Assembly: GCA_018062765.1 (NCBI GenBank)
Contig: JAGORR010000001.1
Coordinates: 217,249 to 281,248, forward strand
Direction: 5' to 3'
Source of the DNA: Minisyncoccota bacterium
GTDB lineage: Bacteria; Patescibacteriota; Minisyncoccia; Phycocordibacterales; Phycocordibacteraceae
Length of the DNA: 64,000 nt
Shown: positions 17,386 to 26,404 of the stretch, piece by piece
Layout: every line of letters starts with the position of its first letter
Position numbering within the stretch: position 1 is the first letter of the stretch
Notes under the pieces: generated by a model
What the model was told of the DNA's origin: nothing
Seen by the model: the letters and a program-made list of their open reading frames with translations, nothing else
The model's database searches: none
Position numbers and translations under genes: made by a program

Positions 17386-19179
17386 CTACGCATTTTTAAA
17401 CAGGTACACATAGTTGCCGTACCCCTCTTCCTCCATCGACTCCTTAGGAACAAAGCGGAGCGAAGCTGAGTTAGTGCAGAACCGTCTCCCGCCTTCGTCT
17501 ACGGGGCCGTCTTCAAATACGTGTCCGACGTGTCCGGCGTCGCTCCGTATCTCGGTTCGTGTCGTCGAGAGCGAGTTGTCTTCATGCATCGTGACCGAAT
17601 CGTCATCAATGGTGCGCCAGAAGCTCGGCCATCCGGTTCCGGAGTCGTACTTGTGAGTACTTGAAAAGAGCGGCTTGCCCGTCACGATATCGACGTAGAT
17701 TCCTTCTGCCTTATTGTCCCAATACTTGTTATTGAATGGCGACTCGGTGCCGCTCTCTGCAACGACGTGGTAGGCGAGCGGGTCGAGGTGCTTGAGCTTC
17801 TCCACGATTTCCTCGTCGGTATATTCGTACGCGGCGCGCGATTCCGTTGCGGCGGCTTCTTGCTTGGACTCGAGAAACTGTATGGCAGCGTCCTTGGCCC
17901 ATGTCTCCTCAACGAATCCGGCTCTTCCTGATGCCTTCTTGTAGCGTTCGTAGTGGTCAGCTGCTTTCTGATAGTAATCCTGATGGTACGTTTCTGCCTC
18001 AAAGAATGTGGTGAGTGGGATAATTTCGGTGGCGATTGGCGCAGTAAAAAGTCCGCTCTTCTCCAAACGACTTTTTGAATCGAGCGCTGCTTCCTTCTGC
18101 TCGTCGTTTTGATAGAAAATCGCGGTCGTGTACTGGAAGCCCGTGTCAGCAAACTGCCCATCGGTGTCGGTCGGGTCGATGTGTGACCAGTAGATGTCGA
18201 GTATCTCTTCAGTCGTGATGATTTCCGGGTCATAGGTTATCTGCACCGACTCTCGATGCTTGGTCGCTCCCGTCGCAACCGTGATATACGAGGCAGTCAC
18301 TGCATCGCCTCCGGCGTACCCAGAGATCGCACTAACAACACCCGGCTGCTCCTGAAAGTAAGCTTCAGTGCACCAGAAGCATCCTCCGGCAAGGGTAATC
18401 ACTTCATGCACTCCATCTGCGCGCTTCTCATCCTCATTCATGCTGGTGGGAGCGAATCGCTCGATAAGGTTGTTCTCGAGCTGTATCGTCGCGCCGTACC
18501 CAGAATCGAGGATGAATGTCTCTATCTTCTTGTCGAATCCAGTTAGTATCGCGACTCCGACGAGGATAATTAGAACACCGAAGACCTGCTTTATTTTTCC
18601 GGCAGCGTGCATGCGGGAATCAAGTGCGGTAACGATGCGCTGCCCGAAGTACGCGATAGCAAGGAGCGCGAGCGCGAGTCCGAACGTGAAGCCAAGAAGG
18701 TACAGGAGGCCGGTGAGGAAGGTCGCAGGGAGCGCAGTCGCGATGATGAAGAGGTACGTGGGCGAGCAAGTGGTAAACACAGGACCAAGCGCGAGTCCTA
18801 TGAGAGCGTCACCCGCATAACTCTTCTTGCCGTACCCGGCACCTACCGCCTTGTTACTCGCGCGGCTCAACGCGTTCACGAGCGGCACGCGCGCCCAGAG
18901 CGCAGGGAACACAATTGCGATACCTACCAGAATCACGATGCTGCCTGAGAACCAGCTCCAGAATGCGGTTGGGATATCGATAAGAAGCGTCGATGCCTTA
19001 AGTAGCAAGGTGAAGACGATAACCGATACCGAGAGTGAGCCGATGACCACGACGGCGCGCTTCGAGATGTACCGCCCATCGTTCTCCGAGGCACCTATGA
19101 CGACCGGCAAGAAGGGGAGTATGCACGGCGCGAGCACCGTGAATACGCCCGCCAAGATTGATATGCCGAGGAAGATCAT
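17386..19179 (-). CDS. msrAB: CcdA-like thiol-disulfide transmembrane domain fused to MsrA and MsrB
   Basis: N-terminal six-TM CcdA/DsbD domain (APCILPFLP, TTCSPTYL). MsrA domain with GCFWC; MsrB/SelR domain with the GTGWPSF, HxGHVF and RFC motifs. Start chosen at MIFLGISIL, immediately after the upstream gene's stop. Confidence 0.9.
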   Translation of the reverse strand: MIFLGISILAGVFTVLAPCILPFLPVVIGASENDGRYISKRAVVVIGSLSVSVIVFTLLLKASTLLIDIPTAFWSWFSGSIVILVGIAIVFPALWARVPLVNALSRASNKAVGAGYGKKSYAGDALIGLALGPVFTTCSPTYLFIIATALPATFLTGLLYLLGFTFGLALALLAIAYFGQRIVTALDSRMHAAGKIKQVFGVLIILVGVAILTGFDKKIETFILDSGYGATIQLENNLIERFAPTSMNEDEKRADGVHEVITLAGGCFWCTEAYFQEQPGVVSAISGYAGGDAVTASYITVATGATKHRESVQITYDPEIITTEEILDIYWSHIDPTDTDGQFADTGFQYTTAIFYQNDEQKEAALDSKSRLEKSGLFTAPIATEIIPLTTFFEAETYHQDYYQKAADHYERYKKASGRAGFVEETWAKDAAIQFLESKQEAAATESRAAYEYTDEEIVEKLKHLDPLAYHVVAESGTESPFNNKYWDNKAEGIYVDIVTGKPLFSSTHKYDSGTGWPSFWRTIDDDSVTMHEDNSLSTTRTEIRSDAGHVGHVFEDGPVDEGGRRFCTNSASLRFVPKESMEEEGYGNYVYLFKNA

Positions 19180-19180
19180 C

Positions 19181-19678
19181 CTAGATAATTTGGGCGAGTG
19201 CGCCTGCGAGCGTTGGACTGCCGCTCCACTTCTTAATGAGTGTGCCGTCGGCGGCAACCTGCACGAGGGTGTGCTGGTACGTCACGCCATATTTCTTCTT
19301 GAGCTCTGACTCCGTATCGTAGTCAACCTTCAGTATGCTGACCTCTTCCGGTATGGAGTCTCGATTGGCCTCGATATCGGCATTAAGCCCGCGACATGAC
19401 GGGCACCAAGAGGCGTGGAAAAACAGAACGACATCACCGCTCTCCGCGCGAGCAAGTTTTTCAGCCGAGTACGATTCATAGGAGCCTTTCATCATCGACT
19501 CCTTTTCGTCCATCATGCCAGTGTCTTCCTTCATCATCTTGTCTTCTTCCATGCTCGAAGATTCCTGCATCTTCTTATCCATCATTCCGTCCTCAGGCTT
19601 CTGTATGGACGCGTAGGCGACTCCTCCAATCAATACAATGAGTACAAGTCCGATGGCGACTACGATGGTTTTGTTCAT
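19181..19678 (-). CDS. membrane-anchored thioredoxin-like protein with a Met-rich linker
   Basis: TM anchor, a 45-aa segment with 13 Met (MMDKKMQESSSMEEDKMMKEDTGMMDEKESMMK), then a Trx fold with WCPSC. Confidence 0.75.
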   Translation of the reverse strand: MNKTIVVAIGLVLIVLIGGVAYASIQKPEDGMMDKKMQESSSMEEDKMMKEDTGMMDEKESMMKGSYESYSAEKLARAESGDVVLFFHASWCPSCRGLNADIEANRDSIPEEVSILKVDYDTESELKKKYGVTYQHTLVQVAADGTLIKKWSGSPTLAGALAQII

Positions 19679-19783
19679 GGTGAATCAATAAGTACTAATG
19701 CCTTGTATGAAGATAAGTGTAGTAAAGAAAAACGCGCATGTAAAGCATACTTTACATGCGCGTTGTGGATAGAAAGCGCTTCT

Positions 19784-20146
19784 CTACAGGTTTTTATCGG
19801 TCCAGATACGCGTCAGAATCTTTACGATAATCATCGTAATCAGTGTCACTACGAGCCAGGGGTCAACAGAATGCGTGTACCCTTGCACGACTATCGCTAA
19901 CGTTAGTATTCCGGAACCCGCGAGGTATGCATTCCTGCCAGCGAGCGTACGGTGAAGCGCGTCACGCTCATCCGTCATTCGCTCGCGCAGTACGAAACTT
20001 GCGAAAATCCCGAAGAGAGCGAGTGTACAAGCGAGCATCGCGAGCACCATCATGTCCGGCATCCAGAAGTGGAAGGGATTAAGGAGGAGTACGGCGAGCG
20101 CAACCAAGCACAGCGTCACGATAGCTTCTAGAAGATTATTTTTCAT
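19784..20146 (-). CDS. small multi-pass membrane protein, partner of the upstream XRE regulator
   Basis: 120 aa, four predicted TM helices. Overlaps the XRE gene by 11 nt, a typical HTH plus membrane-protein pair. Confidence 0.5.
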   Translation of the reverse strand: MKNNLLEAIVTLCLVALAVLLLNPFHFWMPDMMVLAMLACTLALFGIFASFVLRERMTDERDALHRTLAGRNAYLAGSGILTLAIVVQGYTHSVDPWLVVTLITMIIVKILTRIWTDKNL

Positions 20147-20348
20147 AGGTTACTTTAAACAGCTTTTCGACGGGCAGTTTGAAAAAGCCCGCTATCTTAA
20201 GCGCGAGTAGGATGGATGGCGTGTAGTTGCCCTTCTCAAGAGCGATGATGGTCTGCCGACTCACTCCCGCCTTGGATGCGAGTTCTTCCTGGGTCACGCC
20301 CATCTGATTCCTGTGCTTGCTAACGGTGTTCTCTATCCGCTCCTGCAT
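20136..20348 (-). CDS. XRE-family helix-turn-helix transcriptional regulator
   Basis: LASKAGVSRQTIIALEKG HTH motif; 70 aa. Confidence 0.7.
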   Translation of the reverse strand: MQERIENTVSKHRNQMGVTQEELASKAGVSRQTIIALEKGNYTPSILLALKIAGFFKLPVEKLFKVTYEK

Positions 20349-20620
20349 GGCACCAAGTATAGATGCTCAGTAGGAAGTAGTAAAGTTAACTTTACGTGTA
20401 CGCTAGCGAGACTAGGAGTTTCTCTCACAAAATACTTTCGCCGTCGCAAAGACTAGGATTCTGTCACGGTTTGCGGCTAGATTCGTCCAAGCATTCCGAA
20501 TCTAGCTCGCAACCCCGACCCGGACTCGTCGCTTAACCCTGCCCCGCAGGCGCGACTCCGTCTTTCGAATCCTAGTCTCCCAGACAAGCGAAAGACCGCC
20601 TTTCGGCGGCTTTCGTCTTG

Positions 20621-20691
20621 CTGCGAGACTAGGATTCGAACCTAGATAAACGGATTCAGAGTCCGTTGTCCTACCATTAGACGATCTCGCA
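20621..20691 (-). tRNA. tRNA-Gln (anticodon CUG)
   Basis: Minus-strand sequence TGCGAGA-TC-GTCT-AATGGTA-GGAC-A-ACGGA-CTCTGAA-TCCGT-TTAT-CTAGG-TTCGAAT-CCTAG-TCTCGCA-G. U1-A72 pair is typical of bacterial tRNA-Gln. No encoded CCA. A terminator hairpin lies downstream (20590-20618). Confidence 0.85.
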
Positions 20692-20801
20692 ATGCCTTTG
20701 ATTCTACCAAAGTAGACGACGGCAGAGCCGTCGTGCCCCGAAACGATACGACAAAAGAGGGGAGCGGACAACCCTTGGATACCGGGTGCCTAGGGCAGGA
20801 C

Positions 20802-20830
20802 TTGATTTCTTAATACCTGTGTGCTATAAT
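20802..20830 (+). promoter_or_regulatory. strong sigma70-type promoter with an extended -10
   Basis: TTGATT (20802-20807), 17-nt spacer, TGcTATAAT (20822-20830), 22 nt before the ATG at 20853. Confidence 0.5.
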
Positions 20831-20852
20831 TAATACACGTAATAAATCACCA

Positions 20853-21365
20853 ATGGCTTACTTCAAGAATGACCGTAATGACCGCTTCAAGAAGCCCTCG
20901 TTCAATCGGGGTAATGACCGTCGCGACATGCGCGACGATGGCGCTCCTAAGCAGCTTTTCCAGGCTGAGTGCAGCAACTGCCACGCGGGCTGCGAAGTCC
21001 CGTTCCGCCCAGACGGCGTAAAGCCAGTCTTCTGCCGCAACTGCTTCTCTAAGGGCATGGGCCGCGAGCCGGGCGCGCGCGACACTCGTCCTCCACGCCG
21101 CGAATTCTCACCGCGTCCTTCATATGGCGCACCAGCTCGCGAGTCCTTTGCGCCACGTGCGCAGAGCGCCGCCCCTGCCGCGCCCGACCGCCGCATCGAC
21201 GGACTCGCACGTTCCATCTCAGCGATCGAGCAGAAACTCGACCGCCTCACGGCGCTCGTCGAGAGCACGCGCACTGCCGCTCCTAAGGCAGCAAAGATAA
21301 CGTCTGCAGCAAAGCCCGCTAAGGCACCTGCAAAAAAGGCTGTTACGAAGACAAAGAAGAAGTAA
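20853..21365 (+). CDS. CxxC...CxxC zinc-ribbon protein with a basic N-terminus and an Ala/Lys-rich histone-H1-like tail
   Basis: CSNCHAGCEVPFRPDGVKPVFCRNCF. C-terminus AAKPAKAPAKKAVTKTKKK. A terminator hairpin follows (21379-21408). Confidence 0.5.
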   Translation: MAYFKNDRNDRFKKPSFNRGNDRRDMRDDGAPKQLFQAECSNCHAGCEVPFRPDGVKPVFCRNCFSKGMGREPGARDTRPPRREFSPRPSYGAPARESFAPRAQSAAPAAPDRRIDGLARSISAIEQKLDRLTALVESTRTAAPKAAKITSAAKPAKAPAKKAVTKTKKK

Positions 21366-21460
21366 GACCACATACATAAGAGGAAAAGGCGCGGCTGCGG
21401 CTGCGCCTTTTCGTTTGCCTCGATTGGCCGCCGCTCGCTACAGATGGTAGCGTAGAAGAA

Positions 21461-22948
21461 ATGGCGGACAGGAAGAACCATACGAGCGCGCAACCAGCGC
21501 GCGAGACCCTCATGCGTTTCGATGAGGTGTCTTTCGATTATGGCCCGAAGCACCCGATACTCGACGCTGTGTCTTTCTCCGTTCGTCGGGGGATGAAGGT
21601 GACGCTGATGGGGCAGAATGGCGCCGGGAAGTCGACCCTGTTCAAATTGATATCGGGCGAGCTCACTCCAGAGAGCGGAAAGCTCATCGTAATGCCAGGG
21701 ACTTCTATAGCGATGGCGCGCCAGGTGGTGCCACTCGAGCTTCGTGATAAGACGGTGCGTGCCTTTTTTGAAGCGAGCTTTACCGAGAAAATCTATGACA
21801 TCGACCCGCGCATCGACGAGGTGTTGGAAGTAGTCAATCTCGTCGCTCCCAAGGACCGCATCATTTCTTCTTTCTCAGGCGGTCAGCAGGCGCGCCTCTT
21901 GCTTGCGAGCGCCCTCATTCAGGACCCAGACCTGCTTCTCCTTGACGAGCCCACGAATAATCTCGATAAGGCGGGCATCGAGCACCTGACGGATTTCCTC
22001 AAGGACTATGATAAGAGCTGCCTCGTTATCTCCCACGACGCGGAGTTCTTGAATTCATTTACGGACGGCGTCCTATATCTTGATATCCATACCCGGAAAG
22101 TCGAGCAGTATATTGGTACGTACTTTGACCTGCTGAAGGAAATCACGGCACGTATCGAGCGCGAGAACCGGAAGAACGCGCAGCTTGCCAAAAAGATTCA
22201 GGAGAACAAGGACAAGGTGAACTTCTTTGCGGCCAAGGGAGGGAAGATGCGCCTGGTCGCGAAGCGCATGCGCGACGAGATAGAGGAGATGGAGGAGGAG
22301 AAGGTGGATGTGCGCCGTGAAGACAAAACGATACGGCCGTTTACGATTCCCATTCCTGAAAGTCTGCTCGGAGTGCTTTTGTCCATGGAGTCATACACGA
22401 CGATGGACCCCAAGAAGCACGTGCCGAAGGTGCATAAGAAGAAGCTCGAGATACGTAAGAACACACACCTTCTGTTACGAGGGCCTAACGGTATCGGAAA
22501 GACGACACTTCTCGAATCCTTGGCCAAGGGTACGAGTGAGGGTGCGAAGATTCTCCCGGGGGTCAAGGTTGGGTATTACCGCCAGGATTTCTCCACGTTG
22601 AATTTTGAGCACACCGTGTACGAGTCCTTGATGTCCGCAATGCAAAAGCAGGACGAGGAGGCGATGCGCGCGACCGCAGCAGGGTTCCTGATAACCGGAG
22701 ACGTTATCGGCAAAAAAATCGGTGTGCTTTCAGAAGGGCAGAAGGGGTTGGTCGCGTTCGCGCGCCTCGTCTTGGAACGTCCCGGCATCCTGTTTCTAGA
22801 TGAGCCCACGAATCACATAAACTTCCGCCATCTGCCGATAATCGCAAAAGCCCTGAGCGACTACCAAGGTGCGATGGTGCTCGTCTCCCACGTGCCGGAA
22901 TTCGTAGAGCAGATCCGTATCGACGAGATACTCGACCTCGGGAAATAG
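21461..22948 (+). CDS. ABC-F family ATPase (tandem ABC domains, no TMD)
   Basis: Two NBDs: GQNGAGKST/LSGGQQ/LLLDEPTNNLD and GPNGIGKTT/LSEGQKG/LFLDEPTNHIN, with an inter-domain linker. Start may be the internal ATG at 21512. Confidence 0.9.
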   Translation: MADRKNHTSAQPARETLMRFDEVSFDYGPKHPILDAVSFSVRRGMKVTLMGQNGAGKSTLFKLISGELTPESGKLIVMPGTSIAMARQVVPLELRDKTVRAFFEASFTEKIYDIDPRIDEVLEVVNLVAPKDRIISSFSGGQQARLLLASALIQDPDLLLLDEPTNNLDKAGIEHLTDFLKDYDKSCLVISHDAEFLNSFTDGVLYLDIHTRKVEQYIGTYFDLLKEITARIERENRKNAQLAKKIQENKDKVNFFAAKGGKMRLVAKRMRDEIEEMEEEKVDVRREDKTIRPFTIPIPESLLGVLLSMESYTTMDPKKHVPKVHKKKLEIRKNTHLLLRGPNGIGKTTLLESLAKGTSEGAKILPGVKVGYYRQDFSTLNFEHTVYESLMSAMQKQDEEAMRATAAGFLITGDVIGKKIGVLSEGQKGLVAFARLVLERPGILFLDEPTNHINFRHLPIIAKALSDYQGAMVLVSHVPEFVEQIRIDEILDLGK

Positions 22949-22974
22949 ACGTTTGTTCGCTAAGGCATGAGAAA

Positions 22975-22999
22975 AGGCGGCCCGATAATCGGGCCGCCT
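22975..22999. terminator. bidirectional rho-independent terminator
   Basis: GGCGGCCC-gataatc-GGGCCGCC between convergent genes. Confidence 0.5.
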
Positions 23000-23009
23000 C
23001 GTTGTGTGG

Positions 23010-23441
23010 CTATCCTTCCTTCGCCATCGTGCGGATGAGGTCGAGGACAGCCTGGCGCGATTTCTTCGACATCTTCGCGAACGCGCGGTTGAGGGCGAGG
23101 CCCTCGGGGCTCTGTACGAACTCCATGATGCTGATGCTGGTGTCACCGGCCCGGATTTCGTCCCATGCCGCCTTATTGAGTGCGTCGATGCCCTCAAAGA
23201 AGTACGAGATCGGAACGTCGAGCGCCTTGCCGATTTCCCAGAGCTTCGAGGCCGAGACGCGGTTTGCGCCCCGCTCGTACTTCTGGATTTGCTGGAAGGT
23301 GACGCCGAGCGCTTCCCCGAGCTTCTCCTGGCTCACGCCAAGAAGCATGCGGCGCAGCCGCACCCGCGAGCCGACATGTCCGTCTATAGGCCTTGCGGCG
23401 CGGACAGATATCTTTTTGGGCATCAAGTACTCCTCTGTCAT
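23010..23441 (-). CDS. XRE-family HTH transcriptional regulator
   Basis: [30 protein letters not shown]; 143 aa. Confidence 0.65.
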   Translation of the reverse strand: MTEEYLMPKKISVRAARPIDGHVGSRVRLRRMLLGVSQEKLGEALGVTFQQIQKYERGANRVSASKLWEIGKALDVPISYFFEGIDALNKAAWDEIRAGDTSISIMEFVQSPEGLALNRAFAKMSKKSRQAVLDLIRTMAKEG

Positions 23442-23580
23442 CCCCGGAATAGGGAATCTCTGGTGATTATAACACTATAAATGCATTAAGCAAGGTCTGT
23501 ATCGTTATCCACGTAGCGTTCATAGCGGTAGTTGAAACCTGTCACAATAAAGGGGAACCATTACCCGTTCACCTCTACTC

Positions 23581-23964
23581 ATGGTATCCACCGTATTTCT
23601 CGCATCCCTCTGGGGCCCCGCGATTCTTGCTATCGGCCTTGGCATGATGCTTAACAAGGCGTACTACGTGAAGATTTATCGCGGCATACAAAACGAGATG
23701 CTTGCGGTGCTTATCCTGGGGCTCGGCGGTATTGCTGCTGCTCTTGCGCAGATACAGGCGCACAACGTATGGGGAACGCTTCCGGAGATACTTGTGAGCT
23801 TCCTCGGATGGGGGCTCCTCGTAAAGGGTATCGCCATGGCGGTCTTCCCGAAGTTCGCGGATAAGGGTGGGGACTTTGCGGCAAACACAAAGATTGTGCC
23901 GTCCGTCGCCATCATCCTCATCCTCCTCGGCGTCTATCTCTCCTGGTTCGCCTACCTCGGCTAA
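23581..23964 (+). CDS. hypothetical four-TM membrane protein
   Basis: 127 aa, hydrophobic; no recognisable motif. Confidence 0.4.
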   Translation: MVSTVFLASLWGPAILAIGLGMMLNKAYYVKIYRGIQNEMLAVLILGLGGIAAALAQIQAHNVWGTLPEILVSFLGWGLLVKGIAMAVFPKFADKGGDFAANTKIVPSVAIILILLGVYLSWFAYLG

Positions 23965-24045
23965 GTACCGCGTAGCGGGCCGCAAAACCGGGTGAAAGCC
24001 CGGTTTTGCTATACTTATGTCACGTTGTCCCTAACGCGCATCCCT

Positions 24046-24534
24046 ATGCAAAAGATCATCCCAAATCTCTGGTTCGACGGGAAGGTGGAAGAAGCCGTGG
24101 ATTTCTACATCTCCGTATTCAAGGAGGGAAAGGTCCTCTCAACGCTGCGCTACGGCGCGTCGAGCGCCGAGGTCTCAGGCCAGCCTGAAGGCTCGATACT
24201 CACGATCGAATTCGAGCTCAAGGGGCAGAAGTTCGTCGCGATAAACGGCGGTCCTCTCTTCAAGTTCAGCGAGGCGGTCTCGTTCCAGATTGATTGCGCC
24301 GATCAGGCGGAAGTCGATTACTTCTGGGAGAAATTGACTGCGGACGGCGGAGAAGAGAGCCAGTGCGGCTGGCTCAAGGATAAGTACGGGCTGTCGTGGC
24401 AGGTCGTACCGGTCGGATTTACCGAAATGGTGAACCGGGGCGAGCCCGAGAAGCTCGAGCGGGCGATGAAGGCGATGCTCGAGATGAAGAAGCTCGATCT
24501 CGCCGCGCTTGAAGCTGCGTATAACGGCGCGTAA
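24046..24534 (+). CDS. VOC-superfamily PhnB-like protein (3-demethylubiquinone-9 3-methyltransferase-like domain)
   Basis: IIPNLWFDGKVEEAVDFYISVF...GWLKDKYGLSWQVVP signature. Internal ATG chosen. Confidence 0.65.
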   Translation: MQKIIPNLWFDGKVEEAVDFYISVFKEGKVLSTLRYGASSAEVSGQPEGSILTIEFELKGQKFVAINGGPLFKFSEAVSFQIDCADQAEVDYFWEKLTADGGEESQCGWLKDKYGLSWQVVPVGFTEMVNRGEPEKLERAMKAMLEMKKLDLAALEAAYNGA

Positions 24535-24543
24535 CATACGAGT

Positions 24544-25185
24544 ATGACAATCAAACGAATCCTCATCATTGCCGGCGCGGCCGTCATCATATTCGCCCTC
24601 GCCTGGGTCTTCTTCCTCGCAAAGGTGGTATTCCCGCCAGCCGCATACGACGGCCGCATGGTCTCGTTTATGTATCCGGGAGATCAGGTAGTAAAGGAAT
24701 ACGGTCTTCGCTCTGTCCTTGTAGGTAACGAGAGCCAAGAGACCGGCTTCATGCCGTTTGTGGAGATTGTGGAGTACCGACAGGACCCGAACGCGCCAAC
24801 ACCTACTGACTACGACTATTTCCTCGCTGCACAGATGTTCGCGCTCTGCGGCACGGACTCTCCGGGTGTTACGGTCGTCTGTAACGACACAGAAGTAGAG
24901 CCGTACGAGACGGAGAGCGGAGCAGTGGGTGAGCGCTACTATCTCTCCCTAATCCGAACGAATACGGAAAGCGGCGCGAAGGAGGAGATGCGCTACGGCC
25001 CCATCTACGCGTTCAATCACACGCGTGCGGCAACCGAGCATAACCCTCTTGAATACAAGGCGCTCCTCGTCTATCCGTCTCTCTCCTCGTATCTTGCGGG
25101 AGAGGATGCGGCTGATGTCGTGGAGTACATCATGGATACTCTGGTCGTGAAGGAGGAACAGAGCGAGGTTGTTGAGGAACTCTAG
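24544..25185 (+). CDS. hypothetical membrane-anchored protein
   Basis: N-terminal TM then a soluble domain; 213 aa; followed by a bidirectional terminator. Confidence 0.4.
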   Translation: MTIKRILIIAGAAVIIFALAWVFFLAKVVFPPAAYDGRMVSFMYPGDQVVKEYGLRSVLVGNESQETGFMPFVEIVEYRQDPNAPTPTDYDYFLAAQMFALCGTDSPGVTVVCNDTEVEPYETESGAVGERYYLSLIRTNTESGAKEEMRYGPIYAFNHTRAATEHNPLEYKALLVYPSLSSYLAGEDAADVVEYIMDTLVVKEEQSEVVEEL

Positions 25186-25220
25186 CCAGCGCGAGGTGCA
25201 AACCGGCACCTGACGTGTAA

Positions 25221-25246
25221 AGCCCCGGCCAGTATTGGCCGGGGCT
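25221..25246. terminator. bidirectional rho-independent terminator
   Basis: GCCCCGGCC-agtatt-GGCCGGGGC followed by TTTTGG. Confidence 0.55.
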
Positions 25247-25257
25247 TTTGGTGTGTG

Positions 25258-25641
25258 TCAGAGCGCGAGCTCGCGTTCACCGCGCACTTCGATAACGGGC
25301 TCTGGGGCCGTTTCCGACGCCACAATGTCCGGGAAGACGCCCTTCATCGCGTTTGGAAAATAGCGGAGCGCAGCCGCACGTGGCACCGAGAATTGGAACC
25401 CGCCGCGCCGCAAGTTCTTCGCGAGGTAGAGCTTCGTGTCTCGGACAAAGCATGTACCGCCGAAGAAATTTATACCCTCGCCGTTTACAGCGCGGTACAC
25501 GTTCCGATCTGCCCGGAGTACGTTTGAGACGCGTGGGTAACAGATGGTTCCAATCATCTCGCCGTCGGTTGTGATGGCGATGTGAATCAAAGAGCCGGCC
25601 TGTATCTTCCGGCCGGTTTCGCGGCACATGAGCAAGGCCAT
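25258..25641 (-). CDS. hypothetical protein
   Basis: 127-aa ORF; no confident family assignment. Confidence 0.35.
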   Translation of the reverse strand: MALLMCRETGRKIQAGSLIHIAITTDGEMIGTICYPRVSNVLRADRNVYRAVNGEGINFFGGTCFVRDTKLYLAKNLRRGGFQFSVPRAAALRYFPNAMKGVFPDIVASETAPEPVIEVRGERELAL

Positions 25642-25772
25642 GGCAGTCCTCCATTCGGGTTCAATCTGTTTCTGACTATCTCACTGCCTGAGTCTCGTGC
25701 AAGCGAGACTCGCTTTCTGCATTAAATATGGCATAATGCAGAAAGACACTGAAACAATCTGGGGGATTTGAA

Positions 25773-26270
25773 ATGGGTGATGAAAATGTAATCCGTCCCG
25801 CCTTCGGGAAGGGCGGGTTCAAGCCGAAGGTGGTCGCGAAGGACCCTGAGCCGGTGCGTACGCTCCGGCCGGAATCGAAGTCTGCCGCGAAGACGCCTGA
25901 ACGGGTAATCGATGAGGCGGAGGAATACGAGGAGCCGACCGAAGAGGAGCTGGCTTCTCCCGAATTCCTGCGCGACTTCAAGTTCTGCTTCATGAACATG
26001 GAGATCATGCGTTCGTTCAATGAGCGGGGTACCGAACTGACCGATTTCGTCATCGACGTCCTCGAGTATCCGGGTTTCCGGCAGGAATCGCTCGCGCTCC
26101 GGCGAGGAGTGTTCCGAGAGCACTCTCTGGAGCAGATTTGCGAACTCCTCCTTTGCTCTGGGAAGCCGGAATGGCAAGCGAAGCCTGCCTGGTACGGCGC
26201 CATCTACATCGAGGGGCATATGAGGCAGCGCAAGCTCATCGGCAGCCTGCCGAAGGAGACCTCGGATTAA
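25773..26270 (+). CDS. hypothetical protein (acidic, charged N-terminus)
   Basis: 165 aa; GGGGA RBS; terminator hairpin at about 26296-26325. Confidence 0.4.
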   Translation: MGDENVIRPAFGKGGFKPKVVAKDPEPVRTLRPESKSAAKTPERVIDEAEEYEEPTEEELASPEFLRDFKFCFMNMEIMRSFNERGTELTDFVIDVLEYPGFRQESLALRRGVFREHSLEQICELLLCSGKPEWQAKPAWYGAIYIEGHMRQRKLIGSLPKETSD

Positions 26271-26404
26271 GAGGGGTAGTGTGTGGAAGATAAAGGACCC
26301 TGGGGTTTTGCCCCGGGGTTTTTCGTATGTAGCTGGTCCAGGACGCACCCCTCGACATGGCTACTTAGAGAGGTAGGGGTCGATTTCTAAAAAGAAGTTT
26401 TTGT

